Virus record (IMG/VR): IMGVR_UViG_3300044796_000657
Span: 310,001-374,000 of that record
Strand: one strand, 5' to 3'
DNA: 64,000 bases
Part shown: positions 63,921 through 64,000 of the stretch, piece after piece
How the letters are laid out: every line of letters starts with the position of its first letter
How positions within the stretch are numbered: the stretch's first letter is position 1
Position numbers and translations under genes: made by a program
The notes under the pieces: generated by a model
What the model saw: only the letters and a program-made list of their open reading frames with translations
Databases searched by the model: none
What the model was told of the DNA's origin: nothing

Positions 63921-64000
63921 TGTGGCCGGGTTATAGGTAAAACCGTAAATGGATGCCGTGCGGTTATTCAGATGCCCTTGAACGGCATCTTGAATAAAGT

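Noticed and set aside
1-64000. Stop-codon reassignment as seen in some large phages
   Set aside because: Conserved enzymes are full length in the standard code, and TAA, TGA and TAG all end genes.
1-64000. tRNA, rRNA or structured ncRNA genes
   Set aside because: Intergenic gaps are short and contain only promoter boxes and terminators. I saw no cloverleaf or T-loop signature by eye; tRNAscan-SE and Infernal would settle it.

Overview
This window is gene-dense DNA from a large T4-like (myovirus or jumbo-type) bacteriophage in the standard genetic code. Evidence: a gp17-like terminase, a gp23-like capsid paralogue, a gp61-like primase, a gp1-like dNMP kinase, a GroES-like chaperonin, T4-type late-promoter boxes and virion genes. 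It is mostly AT-rich with two GC-rich islands (about 3.9-7.2 kb and 62.3-63.3 kb). I saw no tRNA, rRNA or CRISPR array. A planctomycete-like host is inferred, not shown. The accessory content is rich: (1) a dispersed NAD salvage set (PncB, PncA, an NDT-like protein, a NUDIX hydrolase), where pncA and pncB share an identical 12-nt extended -10 element; (2) an ADP-heptose pathway (HldE, HldD) with GT9 and GT4 glycosyltransferases, a pyruvyltransferase, a sulfotransferase and a sulfatase, next to virion genes and poly-Ser proteins; (3) at least 7 small proteins with a T4 capsid-targeting-like N-terminus, including a GNAT, a NUDIX and two ORFs missing from the ORF track; (4) a pair of SPFH proteins with vault-like repeats; (5) an actin-like ATPase whose C-terminal peptide is duplicated in the downstream HNH gene; (6) a frameshifted HExxH peptidase beside an SF2 helicase-like gene in an AT-rich island. 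All functional calls come from motif recognition by eye; no database search was run.
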